Source: Macrostomum lignano
Taxonomy: Eukaryota
Length of the DNA stretch: 64,000 nt
Direction: 5' to 3'
NCBI GenBank assembly: GCA_002269645.1
Contig: NIVC01002209.1
Location: 128,105-192,104, forward strand
The position numbers and the translations under genes are program-made. Below are positions 24,401-36,760 of the stretch, in pieces (the first letter of the stretch is position 1; the number at the start of each line of letters is the position of its first letter). The notes beneath the pieces are model-generated. The model did no database searches and had not been told where the DNA came from. It was given only the letters and a program-made list of their open reading frames with translations.

Positions 24401-27400
24401 GATTATGTCACTAATTAGTATTATGTTAGAGTGCTCAATCTGAGATCAGTTGATTGATTGACCCGCTGTTGGCAATAAAATGAAAACTAACAGCACTCAT
24501 TTATCACTCACATTGCCGAAAGCGCTGAAGAAGTTGCGAACAGTTTCTTCGGTATGCTCCGGGGCGATGCCGCCAACAAAGATTTTCAGGCTGCGACGGT
24601 TCTGCAGTGGCGAATGAAAAAGCACTTTTTTTAGAGACTGGAGGCCGTGTGCACCCTGGCGCACTTTAAGCGACATTGTCGCGCAACCGGCGAGAGGCAT
24701 TGCTGCCCATTCCGCAGACTCCTCTGAGCAGGCACACAAGCGCGCAAATACGTAAGCAGTCATACGCACAGGCACACACTCACACAGGAGTGTACAGCGG
24801 CCCTAACTTAATTTATCGTTAGGCATGTACACTTCACTGCGCCTTGGGGGGTTGGCGGACTTTTACATAATGCCAAAATTTGACTTGTGTAAGCATGGAG
24901 TCTGCAGACTTCTCTGCAACTATAATGGATCAGAGGCTCAGCAATGAAATAAGGTAGGATAGAAATGTTGCTATTGTATTTGATTTCGAACTTTTTGACT
25001 GATGTCAGCTGGCATTCTGAATTCAGACCCAGGGTGTCAAATAGCATTGCAATTTTGTATTGGCACTAACCTTGCCCTTCATGTTGACGTTGCACTGTTT
25101 AGGATCGACCTCTTTGCCATCGATAACGTGCGGGGTAGCGGAGTTGAGCACCAGATCGACAATGTTGGGATCTTTGTAGCGAATGTAGCCGAAACCGCGG
25201 GACCGATTGGTCCGATTGTCCATCATGACTGCGGCGTCTTCTACTTCGCCATATTTGGAAAAGTATTGCCTCAGGGTGTCGTTGGTGGTGTTCTGAGACA
25301 GGCCGCCGACAAATATTTTACTACAGGGTGAAAAATTGCAAATGCTTGTTAAACATCTGCTTGCCTCCACTTTATTTGTAAGTATAGCATATTCAAATTC
25401 ATATATGAGTCTTATAAACATTAAATTTCATGAAAACATTTTTTAACTATTGTGTATTAGTTTACACACAGGTTTCTTGGAGCACATGGACTCCATGGCA
25501 TGCCACTCCTAATTCTGGGCCCACTGGACCAATAGTAATACAGGAAATTTTAAAGAGACAAGATGCAACTTAAAATCAACAGTAGGTTAGAAGTAACAAG
25601 ATGATCTACAATAGTAGTCCATTATATTATAGCTTATAAACACAAATCCTTGTAAAACATGTATAGTTTTATGGTAAAATGAGGAGAAAAAACTATTTTA
25701 TAAAAATCCTGCCAAAAACATGCAAAAAACAATTTATTTCATCCAACTTTAGGCTAGCAATTTTAGACATTCTGGCAACTATAGTGATAAGGCTCCTAAA
25801 AATCAAGTTGTTAAAAAAATTGAACCTTAGATTTGAATCTTGAATTTTTCCAAGGAATTGCTTTATGAAATAGGCTTTGTTTATCAGTTAAACAGCAAAG
25901 GTAATTTTATTATAAATAGGGGCTGTCTGACAGCCTAAGTCAAATAAACTGTCTTTGTGTGTTTGATTGAAAAGTAACTGTTTTCCCTATAGGAAAAAGT
26001 TGTAAAACTGCAGACGGCGTCTGTCTTTTGAAATTTTTCTAAAGCGCAGTGCGCGCACAGGGGCACAGCACCTGTGTGTGCGGTGCCCTTCCCAACTGGC
26101 TGCTGCTCAAGCAAATAAATATACATGGAAGGGGGCCTAATACCTCTGTAGAAGGAGCCTATACACTTGTCATTTATAATACCTAGCGATGTTCCAAAAT
26201 TTCAATTTCAATTTTCCAAAAATTGAAATTTTTAAGAGCATATTTTGATTTCGAAAAAAATCGGAAGTCAAAATTCTGAAAGTGTCTAAGTGGCTAAAAA
26301 TAAACAGTGAGTAATTTCTGCTACATATACATGTATTTTGTTTTGCATAAGCAGTAAATCAAAACATAAAAAAGTAAGTGTTAGTCATATTAAACTTTGT
26401 TTTTCTGAATTTTGATTTTGGAAAATTTCAAGTTTAATTTCAATTTCAGAAAGTTATCGAATTTTGATTTGGACAGATTGAAATAGACGATTTTGTCAAT
26501 TGCAATGGAACATCTCTAATAATGCTAAAGCGCAGTAAAATAATTTGACTCTACTCTAAATTGCGCATCCACAGGTTTTCAACTTTTATTCCAATAGGGA
26601 CTGTTCTTAATTGCAGCTTGCAATGCATCTCTCCAGTCATTCTATTTGGAGAACAGTCAATCAGCCTCAGGGCTTGTACTTTCTCTTGTGTTACTTTTTT
26701 TGAGTAGTAGATAGTGACTTAGGAATAGCCCCAAAATTAGAATTCAATCCATTCTTAGAAAACGAGACATCCAGATTTATAATTGGAGGAATCACCTTTA
26801 GAAGGCAGAAATCCTACCATAGGGTAGGGAAATCCAGACTCAGAGTCTGAGAAACCTGCCTCAGGGCAGAAAACCCAGCAAGTAAGCTGTGACCCTCTGA
26901 TCCCAGGAATGCCCAGGATTGAGAGAATAAAATTTCTTAGAGGAATATACGGATAGGGTAGACAGTGCCATAAGACTGCCCAGGCTATAAGTACAGTATA
27001 TGTACATATGCTACCAATAGATATATACGCTACCAGAAGTAAAAGTAAAAGTATTATAAGAGCTATTAGTAAAACTTTGGAGACTTAACAGAGAGATTAT
27101 AAAATAGAGAAGTAAGATGCCTGTTACAGCTGATAGCTTAATGGTGGGATTTTAATAGAGAGAAGTTTAGCCCTGCTACATTTAGAGTGTCTTTTTACAG
27201 ATGCAATGCTTTCATTTTAACATATATTGCATCTATTTAGTAAATAAGGTCATGCTAACATGATCTTTCTATTGGCAATGGAAATTTGTATTAATCACAA
27301 AAATGCAAATATTATTTTAGCTTGCACATTTAGATATTTTGTTAATTAATATATAGCCAAGAAACTAAATTGAATTATAAGTTTTTAAAGATGATTTTAT

Positions 27401-29885
27401 AAATAATTTAAAAAATAAAGTATCTTGTTTAGGCATTTTTTATTTCTAGAATCTTGGAATCTAGAATCTGGTTCTTTATATTCTTGACAATTTTACAAAT
27501 AAATTAGGTAGAAAAAGTATTACTAACCAATGTAAGCAACAAAAAAATATATGTGAAACCTTGGGAATCACCTAGCCATTTCTTTTGGTTGCTATAAAAG
27601 TTGCTATTGGCTGAGAACAGTCGTGACTACTATTCTGTCCAATAGCAATTTACATATATGTCCAAAGGCATACAAGGCCAATGCATACCCAAATTTTTGG
27701 GTGTATACTACATGATTCAGAGTGTGGTTAATTTATCCAACCCTCTTGTTCACCATGATCCCCCACTTTATACCTGAGGACCTCAACCTAAGTCTATCAT
27801 GTAATGTAACTAAGTTGTGCCACTTGCAAGATTGAGACTTTACCTAGACTTTCAAAAGTAGTGACCATAGACCAAGGTGAAATTCATCCCAAAACAAATA
27901 GTGTTTTGCACAGAAAGTAAAAAATTGCTATAACTATAAAACTGCCAAAAATATTTTATAATAAAAAAAGAGAAAAAGAACCCAAATAGTAGGTACACCA
28001 ATGAGATTTTGAAAGCTCAAAAATTCAATATCTCTTGAAAAATATGATAGAGTTTGATTGCACAAGTAAAAAAACACCTCATTTAATTCAATAGTTGGAT
28101 TCAAATTAAAAATGTTATGCAACTTGTGTACATATTTTTGCTAGTTTTGTAACACAAATTTGCAAATTTAAAACAAAAAAAACAATTTAAGAGTCCACAA
28201 CATTTTTATTTATTTTTTAATTTTCTTATCATTGATGTCATTTTTTTGCATAGTTTATTCTAGTTTTAATAAAATAACTTTGTTAGTTTGCTTTGCTTAA
28301 CATAGTTTTTTAAAAGAATAGATTACAAAAAGATTGATTATCTTTTGAGTGAAAACAGTGCATGTTTTTTAACATTATATGAGAATAACTAATAAAATAC
28401 ATATTGCAGTCTGTTAAGCTTGACTATTTCTTTCTTAAAACATATGCTTAAAACATATCTACATATTTTTATATAGAACCAATTTCTATTAGAGTTATAC
28501 TCCTTTTTAGATTTTTTTAACATAAGAAACTAATAAAAATATGCAAGTATAATGGTTCTACATTCCTATAAACAAGTTCTGGCCTATAATTTAGTTTATA
28601 TATAATTTACTATACATTCAAAAAATACATACTAGAGATAGCCCGCAAATTAAAGAATTATTCTATTCTTTAGAGAACAAAGACTCTAGATTTAGAATCT
28701 AGCAACTCACCTTAGAAGACAAAACACCTACCAAAAGGGTAGACTAATCTATACCTAAAGTCAGTAAGCTGTGACCATACATGTGCAACAGTTGGCTGAG
28801 TTGGCCAATTTGGCTGACTGATTTGGCGGCCAACCAAGGAAATTCACAAAAATGGTCACCCAAATTAATACCAAGTAGTACTAAATAGATGACGAGACAT
28901 TTTGTGTTAATAAGACAGTCATAAATACTCTTGCCATTTACCCAAAGTTGCATAAATTTTGTTTTAGGGTTTCTTTTACATGTAAGTTGCATTTTTGGGC
29001 AAAAACTATGTCGCATTTATGTTAAAACTAAGTCATACGGCTGACCGAATTTTGAAGGTTGCGCATGTATGGCTGTGACCCTCTGATCCCAAGGAATGCC
29101 TAGGACTAAGAGAAAGAGATTGTAGAAGAAAAATTAGGAAGTATAGAAATAAGATAGATTGTGAAGACCACTTAAGCCAATAAGTATATAATATGCTATC
29201 AATTTTATATGCAACACTACTAGTAGATCAATACATGTATTATTAGTAAATAATATAGTGCCAGAAGTACATCAAATATTACATATAAGAATAATCTAGA
29301 ACAACATTGGTTGCAGCTTTTAGGATACTTATAGTAAGAAGAACTAGCCTTATTACAGCTGGTAGCAGCAATAAGATTTCTCATAGTATAGGAAAGAGGC
29401 CTGCAATAACTTAGTAGCATCAGTAAGAAAATCTTTAAAAACAATGAGAATGTTATTAGAGGATAGAACTTTTCCTTTAAAACTTCTATCTTCTTTACTT
29501 CTTTCTTCTCTCTTGTCTCTCCTCTTATCTCTTCTCTCCTTTCTACTATTTTCTCTTTTCTCTCCTCTCTTCTCTTTTATCTCTGCTCTCTCCTCTTTTA
29601 TCTTTTCTCATTTCTCTTTGCTCTCTACTCTCTCTTTTCTCTATTCTTTTCTCATTCCTCAGTCTCCCCTCTCTCAACATTTCCCTTTTCTCCCCTCTCT
29701 TCTTTCTTCTCTCAACTTTCCTCTCTACTCTTTTTTCTCTCTCTCTCCTCTCATCTCTTCTCTTCTTTCCTCTCTCCTCTCTCCCCTCTTCTTGTCTTTT
29801 CCCTCACCTCTTTTCTCATCTTTTCCCTCACCTTTCTTCTTTTCTTTGCTTTCTTGTTTCTCTTCTTTTATCTTTTATCTTCTCT

Positions 29886-29965
<80 letters not shown>

Positions 29966-32900
29966 CTCTCTTTTCCTACCTCTCTTTACTGCCCTGACAA
30001 AGAATAAATCTATTGGAAGTACCGGCAAATCTAACCAAATTGACTTAGTATCAGTCTTTTTTTACCAAGTCAGAGCCTGAGATTGTAGGTTCCCTCCTTT
30101 TTCCCTCTCTCTTATATGTATCTCTCCTATCATCCCTAGCATCTCTCTTATATGCTCTCTTTTTCTATCTCTCTTCTCTTTCCTCTCCTCACTCCTGACT
30201 CACTTTTCTCTCCCTTTATCTTTGTTCTCTCCTCTTATATCTCATAATCTCATCTATCTTACCTTTTATCCCTCCTCTATTCTCTCTAATTTTCCTTTTT
30301 TAATCTGTAATCTTTACTCTCTTATATGTTCTTTAATCTCTCTCTCTGTACTATTTCCTTCCCTTCTTTTAACTCCTCTTTTTTTCTTTCTCCTTTTTTC
30401 TATTCTCTTTTCTTCCTTTTTCTATACTTTCTCCCTCTCTTGTCTTTTGTCTTATCTCTCCATTTTCCTTTCTCCTCCTTGATCTCTCATTTTTTATCTC
30501 TCTTTACACTTTTTTTCTCTTTTCCCTTTACTCTTTCATTGCTCTTTTCACCTTTTTCCTCTGCTCTTCTCTCTTCTCTTATCTGCAGCTCTCTGCTCTC
30601 TCATCTTTACTTTCTTCTCCCTCCTCTCTCCCCTTCTCTCCTCTTTTTTCCCCTTGTCTCTTATTGTTTTTTATCTTTTTTCTTATCTCCTTTTTTACCT
30701 TTTCTTTTTTTCTAATTATGTTACTTTTTTTCCACTCTTCTCTTCTCTGCCTCTCAGCCATGAGCTGGATTCTTGTCTGGACTTTGAGGTAAAAGTCTGC
30801 TTATCCCTGCTTGGAAAGCCAGTTTGTGAGACATAGTACTCTCATGGTTGTTTTCATGCTTTAATCATGTCATCTTTCTTGCCAATTCTTAGGAGGCCAT
30901 TTAAATTTTAAAGTACTTCTTAAGAGAAACTTAAAATTTCTATGACTAATTTAGTAAGGTTATATTGCATTGCATTGCCTTTTCATAAATCTTTGGCTTT
31001 TACAAACCATGCTAGATGTGGATGGATTGCTTTGATTTGCCAATTGCCATCCAACTGCTGCAGAGTTTGCCTATACAGAGGGCAGTGGTTAGAATTTCTG
31101 ACTTAACTATTATGGCAAAAAATGTAGCGTCTCCACAGGGGTGCAGAAAAGGCTATAAATAAATCTATTCCAAAACACTGTATATTCACTATGTATATTC
31201 AGTCCTATTGCCTTACCCTTGGTCTAGCTCTGGGGGAATGAGTGAGTGAGTAGCACAAACAACAGAAAAAGCAGACAAACTTTATATACTTACAGTTTTT
31301 GTTTTGATTGAGTTGTAGAGTAGTTGAAACTTTAATAAACATAAATAAACTAATTTTGCAGTAGTGCAACACACCAAAATTTAACAAATTTATGCAGCAA
31401 GTAGTTATATAGTATATGTAAAATTATTCAAATATCATAGTCAAGATGGCATATGCACACTGGATTTAAATTTAGGAAGAGGCTCTATAGTCTTAAGTAT
31501 GCACTATACATATAAGAATTTTTTGCTTTGCATGCTGCATGCAAGAGGGTTGGATCAAATCCACTAAATGTATTGCTTAATGGCTAGGGGGATAATTATA
31601 AGTTAGGGCATTGCAACAATAAAGGACTTTTTTGCATTTTGCCTTTTTATACGCAATTGCAGATAAACAATGCTTATAGAAATGCTTCCTTTTTGTGACT
31701 TGAATATATTTTAGCTTTTCAATTATTAAACTTACAATGTGTCTTTCAAAATTAATATACAATAGACCCTTAATCATTTCAAAGATGACAAATATCACCA
31801 TGTTTTAAAAGGACTAAAATTTTTTGTGTATGTAGACTATGGACCACTCAAAATGCACACCCAAAAGACTTGCACCTTAAATATGCAAAAAAATATATTA
31901 TATTTTTGCTATCTTTTAGAATGTTGAAATTTTAAACACATTTTTACCAAATTTTTGGCATGCAAAATGCACGCAGAATTTTCTGGCAAATATGGCTTTT
32001 TTCTTAGTATGGTTCTAATAGGGCTATTATTATATAAAATGTTTGCTAGAAGTTTTATTATAAGTTTCTCTATATTTAAAATGTCTAAAATAAGATAGTA
32101 AGGATTTGGCCTATTATAAGATATGCATAGTTATTTGTGTTATTTATCCAATTATATAAAAAACACTAAATTTTCATTAGTATATCTATGTGTAATATAG
32201 GGACATATACTATACCATTTAACTTACTTATTTCTATATTGCTTTCCAATAAAAAATAAGAAAATAGAACTGCCTATTATGTTTCATCAAAGATAATAAA
32301 AATTATGATTTCTAATAGGAATTTGAATATATTTTTATAATAGGCCTACAAATACAATTAGCTATACAAGGTGCTAAACACAATTAGCTATAGAAGGCAC
32401 CAAACACAATTCAACAGATGGCAACTAATTATAGTAAGCAACAAATGTTAGGCTAAGCTTTTACTTTTATATATAATAATCATCTTTCTATAAAAAATCA
32501 AATGGAAAGTAAAAAACCATGTTGCAAACAATATAAATACAAAAAATATATGCTAGAAAATTCTGATATATAATGGACCTAAAAATGGTTAGTATAAAGT
32601 ATCTAATGTACAGAAAAATCTGCCAGAAAATTATACCACAGAGCTAACATATACTATATAGTATAGCTATTATTAATATATACAAAAGACTAAAATGTTA
32701 TAATGTAAAAAGGGGTCTTATATTGCTACAATGCAATAAAGGTCTTTCCTTAAATTGTTGCAATATAAAAAAGGTATTTATTATTATTGCAACACTTTTT
32801 TGATAATTTCCAGCATATATCACAAGTTTTGGCCTAAATTTGAAGTTATGGTATAGGGGGGGGCTTTTTTGGGGGTGCTAGTTGTTTTGTTTGCTGAGCA

Positions 32901-34083
32901 GATGAAAAGTTTTCTTTTTCAAAAACTATTTATTTGCCACAAAATAGGGGTGGAGGATGTGGAATAAAGTGGGGAGCTGCCTAATCTACAACCTCTAGTT
33001 ATTAACCTTTTCATATTCTTTTTTGGCTTTTGCCTAAACTATATATTTGGTGTTACTATTGACTATAATCATCATATTGTAAAACTTGCTGTTTAATGCT
33101 TAAATACTTTTTACAAATGACAGATGTCTTGCATCTAAGAAATTTTGAATAAAAATAATTTTTTGCCAATATTTATATCTTTATCTAATTTTTAATAGTT
33201 TCTATTCCACTGTTTTCAATTAAGCTTTTTTTAGGTGTATATTGTAAAATAGTTTGTTAAAATGATGATCAAAGACCCTTATATACATATAGTGCTTTAT
33301 AAAAATATTAAAGATTAGATAGATTGTTGGGCAGCTTCCCAATCCCCACCCTACTCCTTATCTCTACTCTACTTTATTTTCTAATAGACAAATAATTTTT
33401 AGAAGGAAAGGCAAGGGTGTTTTGTCTTTTTAGTAGATGAACTATTGGCAGACAAATGAACTAGAAACCATTTTTGGCATACCATGTAACAGATTTAAGT
33501 GTGGTTCAAAGACAATTGGCTGAAATTATTCTTTTCATAAAAAAAGTTAATATATTTATTGAAAACTAGTTTCTAAATATGACATTTTTGATAGTACTTT
33601 TTTGAGAAATTGGACTCAATTTCCAATTCTTACTAAAAAGTGTATTTAATATAATTAATCAATTAGATTCTTTACAATTATTAAACTACTCAATTTATTT
33701 AATAGGCACTACATAGTTATAAAGTATTTTTTCTATAGAAAATTTCTTTATATAACACTTTCTATTTTTAGTTATCTAGGTTATTTTTAAACTAGAAAAA
33801 AACATTTTTATATTTTTGTTCACATTTCTATATATCTCACTAACTAAAGATAAAGTCTACTACAAATGGTACATAAAAAAGGAATTTTTGAAGGATAGAC
33901 ATAGTTTTACATGAGTCAAGAAGCATTTTGTTTCAATAAAAATATCATTTTTTCCAGCAAACAAAACATTTTGTCCTATTTTTTTACAAACACTAGGCTT
34001 GTACAACTAAGATCGCTGATTATAGATACTTACCCTATTTCATTTCCAGCTGAGTCAGTGGGTACATCCATTTCGGTCGACAT
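21461..34083 (-). CDS. DAZAP1: DAZAP1/Hrp48(Hrb27C)-type hnRNP: two RRMs plus a Gly/Trp/Gln-rich low-complexity tail and PY-NLS, 7 exons, about 344 aa
   Basis: Exons 34083-34034, 25320-25071, 24601-24512, 24390-24342, 23486-23404, 22956-22696, 21712-21461 (1035 nt, phases consistent). NEIG|KIFVGGL, RSRGFGY, IDGKEVDPK, KIFVGGI, RHRGFAFV and C-terminal HSFHPYKR match DAZAP1 (DEIGKLFVGGL...FHPYRR). Intron 1 is 8.7 kb. Confidence 0.92.
21930..22640. repeat. 45-46 bp minisatellite (ataattattcgagggattcccatttttatt(g/a)aatagggatttccc), about 15 copies, in the last DAZAP1 intron
   Basis: Tandem units seen directly; degenerate edge back to about 21860. Confidence 0.95.
23098..23254. repeat. Intronic inverted repeat with perfect 17-bp arms
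   Basis: GGCCATCTCAAAAGTGT (23098-23114) and ACACTTTTGAGATGGCC (23238-23254); extends to about 22 bp with 1 mismatch; no TSD found. Confidence 0.9.
24626..24855 (-). mobile_element. SINE, 5'-truncated copy with A-rich tail, in DAZAP1 intron 2
   Basis: Its reverse complement matches 51975-52203; the A7 tail ends about 25 nt before the acceptor at 24602. Confidence 0.9.
26184..26518. mobile_element. hAT-type MITE (335 bp)
   Basis: TIR TAG(C/A)GATGTTCCA at both ends; decayed 8-bp flanks ATAATACC and ATAATGCT (6/8 identical). Confidence 0.65.
26720..27170 (+). repeat. Old dispersed repeat, copy A (paralog of 28650-29380)
   Basis: Shares agtaagctgtgaccctctgatccca(a)ggaatgcc.agga.t.agaga, atatgcta.caat and gcct..ttacagctg.tagc blocks with copy B. 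Confidence 0.7.
28650..29380 (+). repeat. Old dispersed repeat, copy B, interrupted by a MITE
   Basis: Colinear with 26720-27170 once 28776-29079 is removed. Confidence 0.7.
28776..29071. mobile_element. 296-bp MITE, probably hAT-type
   Basis: 14-bp TIR CATACATG(T/C)GCAAC; perfect 8-bp TSD GCTGTGAC at 28768-28775 and 29072-29079. The empty site with a single GCTGTGAC is visible in copy A at about 26886. Confidence 0.92.
29470..30760. repeat. Polypyrimidine (CT-rich) tract of about 1.3 kb with a perfect (CT)n core near 29890-29960
   Basis: Strong strand asymmetry, with a ~90-bp mixed interruption near 30000-30090. Confidence 0.95.
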
Positions 34084-36386
34084 TTATGTATCTTTAAAAG
34101 TAAAAATTCTACAATTAAATACAGTAATAATGTCGTACAATACCTTACTACTATACTACTACGTAAGACCTAGAATTTGCAAGCGTGAAAATATTACCGT
34201 TTTCATTTATTTTTAAATTTTGTCTTTCGGTAATGGAATTTCAGAGAAATGTTCAGATGTCTGAACAGATAGTTCCATAAATAATTTGTTCTTTGTGATA
34301 TTTTTACAGCCACGGATTAAAAGATTTTTTTACTTTTGGGATCATTATTTTGTTTCTGCATAGTTGTAAGACCTAGAAAATTATCAATCATTGAATATGT
34401 AAAAAATCGTATAGAAACTAAAAATATTGACCTACTTTTCGTAATTTTTCCGGAGTTAATCAAAAAAAATGATTTACAGCGAGTTTAAATTAGCCAAATT
34501 TATACTGAACTTTCTTCAGTCGGCACCCAAGTGAACCGAATGTTGTTATATTAATGGCTGATGGAGAAAAACGTTAGAAACACAACATAGTCCTGCAAAC
34601 AAGTTATTGTCTTTGTTGTTGTTGCTGTGTTGACATCGTGCATGAATAGTACAGAGTACATGTTCATTAGTAAAGCATAATTTTTCAAAAATTATTACAG
34701 TAACGCAACGTTTTTGCGTCTAAACTCGTTTAGTTCTTTAATTTGGGGTATATATATTTTATAATTGTAGCGGCATCTACATTAGATACTATCGCGACTT
34801 TAAGAAATCCCTGCTGCAACTAACCACTAAAAGATATGCATCATGCACAGATGGATTATTCACTACACAGCATGATCTACATGTACATGTAAAAATGGTA
34901 CATTGGTCTTCTCCATGCCGGTTTTTAACCATAATTACATATACCAGTGCAACATTTACATGGTACATGCATGCACATGTACTGCATCTGATGTACACGT
35001 ATATTGTACTACGGCTGCATGTGCATCAAATACATTTGCATGCATATATGCATTGTATCCATTATTATATAGCCATACATGTACTTTGAGTTGATGCGCA
35101 CATGCTGGTTATAATGTCGACATATGGTATACATCAAATGCGCATAATTTTATGACGTAAAATTGCATGCGCATATACATTACATGCATTGTTTATTGTA
35201 GCTATATATATTAGATGTACTTTTGCTTTGGTGTATACAGTAAGCTTATAATAGACCACAACTTCCAACTTTAAATGTACTGAATACAATATTTTCATGA
35301 ATTATTCAAGAGTATGATGGGTTTCGACCTTCGGGCTCCTTGTTATGGGAGCCTTCGGGCCTCAGGCTCAGAAATAAATCAATTAGAGACCTGGCCCCCC
35401 ACTCCTGTCAGATGGTCAGCCCCATGGTAGCTTGATCGTGTGGCGAGCAGTCTAGGTCCTATAGCTAAGAGAGGGACAGCGAGAGACGAGCAGGGAGAAT
35501 TTTGAAAGTAGAAATTAGCTAATCCGCAGATCAACTAACTTGCTGCCACCAGCCCGTGCGCCCTGGCTCACCACACCGGGACTCTCGAAATCGGGCTTCC
35601 GACTAGAAGGGGCTTTGCACTTACCTGCCAACTAGTGTCTTTTTGCTGTCAATCTCGAAGTCATAGCCGATGATAAGGGACACTGCTGGGACTAGATCGC
35701 ATTGGCCATGCAGGTACAGAGGGGACTTGTGCAGGGGATTCTTGCGGTGGCGAGTCTATGGGGTAGCTGCATGTACTATTACATTGCTAAATACGAAGAT
35801 ATGTACTTTTGGCCTTCAACGCGCCAACTAGCCTCTCATAGCGCTGATGATAGACTAACTCGAACTTCAGAGACCGCATGATTCATTTACCCGAGCCGCT
35901 TGGCTACCCTAGAGTGCACAAAGTACATCTCTGGCGCCGATTCTGCACTTCTGGCAGTTTTGCTCACTAATTTGATAGATTGGTTGACTGAGAATTGCCT
36001 TGCCATTGGTCCACTGTGACCGGCGCCTACTAGCTTAGCTACTCATCTGAGCCATCGGCGAACAAAGAAATAAAACCGATAAAAATAACTGTTAGATTTA
36101 ACCTTCTCCTTAGTTCACTTCACACTTCAGATTGAATTGGAGTCTTAGACTACTAGCAGTATTATTGAATGATTTCTGCCTCAGCAACAGCACTACTGAA
36201 CAAAATGAGCAAAAGTGTGCGCCTAATTCAGCTACTGCAACAGGGGACAGATAAGGGATCACCCAATCAAGCAAGTCCCCAGGTAGCCTCTCACCCAACC
36301 AATCAGAAACTCAACAGCCGGAGACCAGGTAATCCACAGTGACCGAATCGGCTCGATACTCTGCAGCTGTAGACTCGGGATGATGC

Positions 36387-36760
36387 TGTCACGATCTTCG
36401 CTGTTAGCTAGCAGGTGATGCTCTTAACTTGATGTTCGCTGCTGATGACCGGGGGACTCGTCCTTGATGATGATGGGGGAAAGTCGCAATCCGGGGATCA
36501 AGAAACGACGGTCGTGCTCCGGGAACCAGAAGTTGCGCGCTGGGCCCGAGCCAAAGTTGAGTCCGAGCGGGCCAAAAACTCCGGTTTAAATAGCCGCCAA
36601 CTGGACCGCAGTTTGTTATAATGGAACACGTCGATTCTGATTGGCTGAGCCGTTTTGTTAAAATGAGCGCCGAATTTTCTGATTGGCTAAGCTTGTTGCC
36701 ACCCAGAATCACGTGACCAAGAGATCCTATCAGTTCCCACAGGGTCGTAAAAAGATGACA
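36387..36760. mobile_element. Probable solo LTR (374 bp)
   Basis: Ends TGTCA...TGACA; 5-bp flanks GATGC and GGTGC (1 mismatch). Two CCAAT boxes and a TATTTAAA read on the minus strand. No internal domain adjacent. Confidence 0.45.

Noticed and set aside
29444-30836. Leu/Ser/Phe-rich ORFs
   Set aside because: A by-product of the CT-rich tract, which lacks stop codons.
32945-33360. Weak inverted similarity (gggagctgcctaatcta / tagattgttgggcagcttccc)
   Set aside because: Short, gapped and without a TSD; may be an old MITE relic but is not supportable.
34760-35270. CATG/TACA-rich alternating purine-pyrimidine stretch with short ORFs on both strands
   Set aside because: Low-complexity sequence with no defined unit or coding signal.
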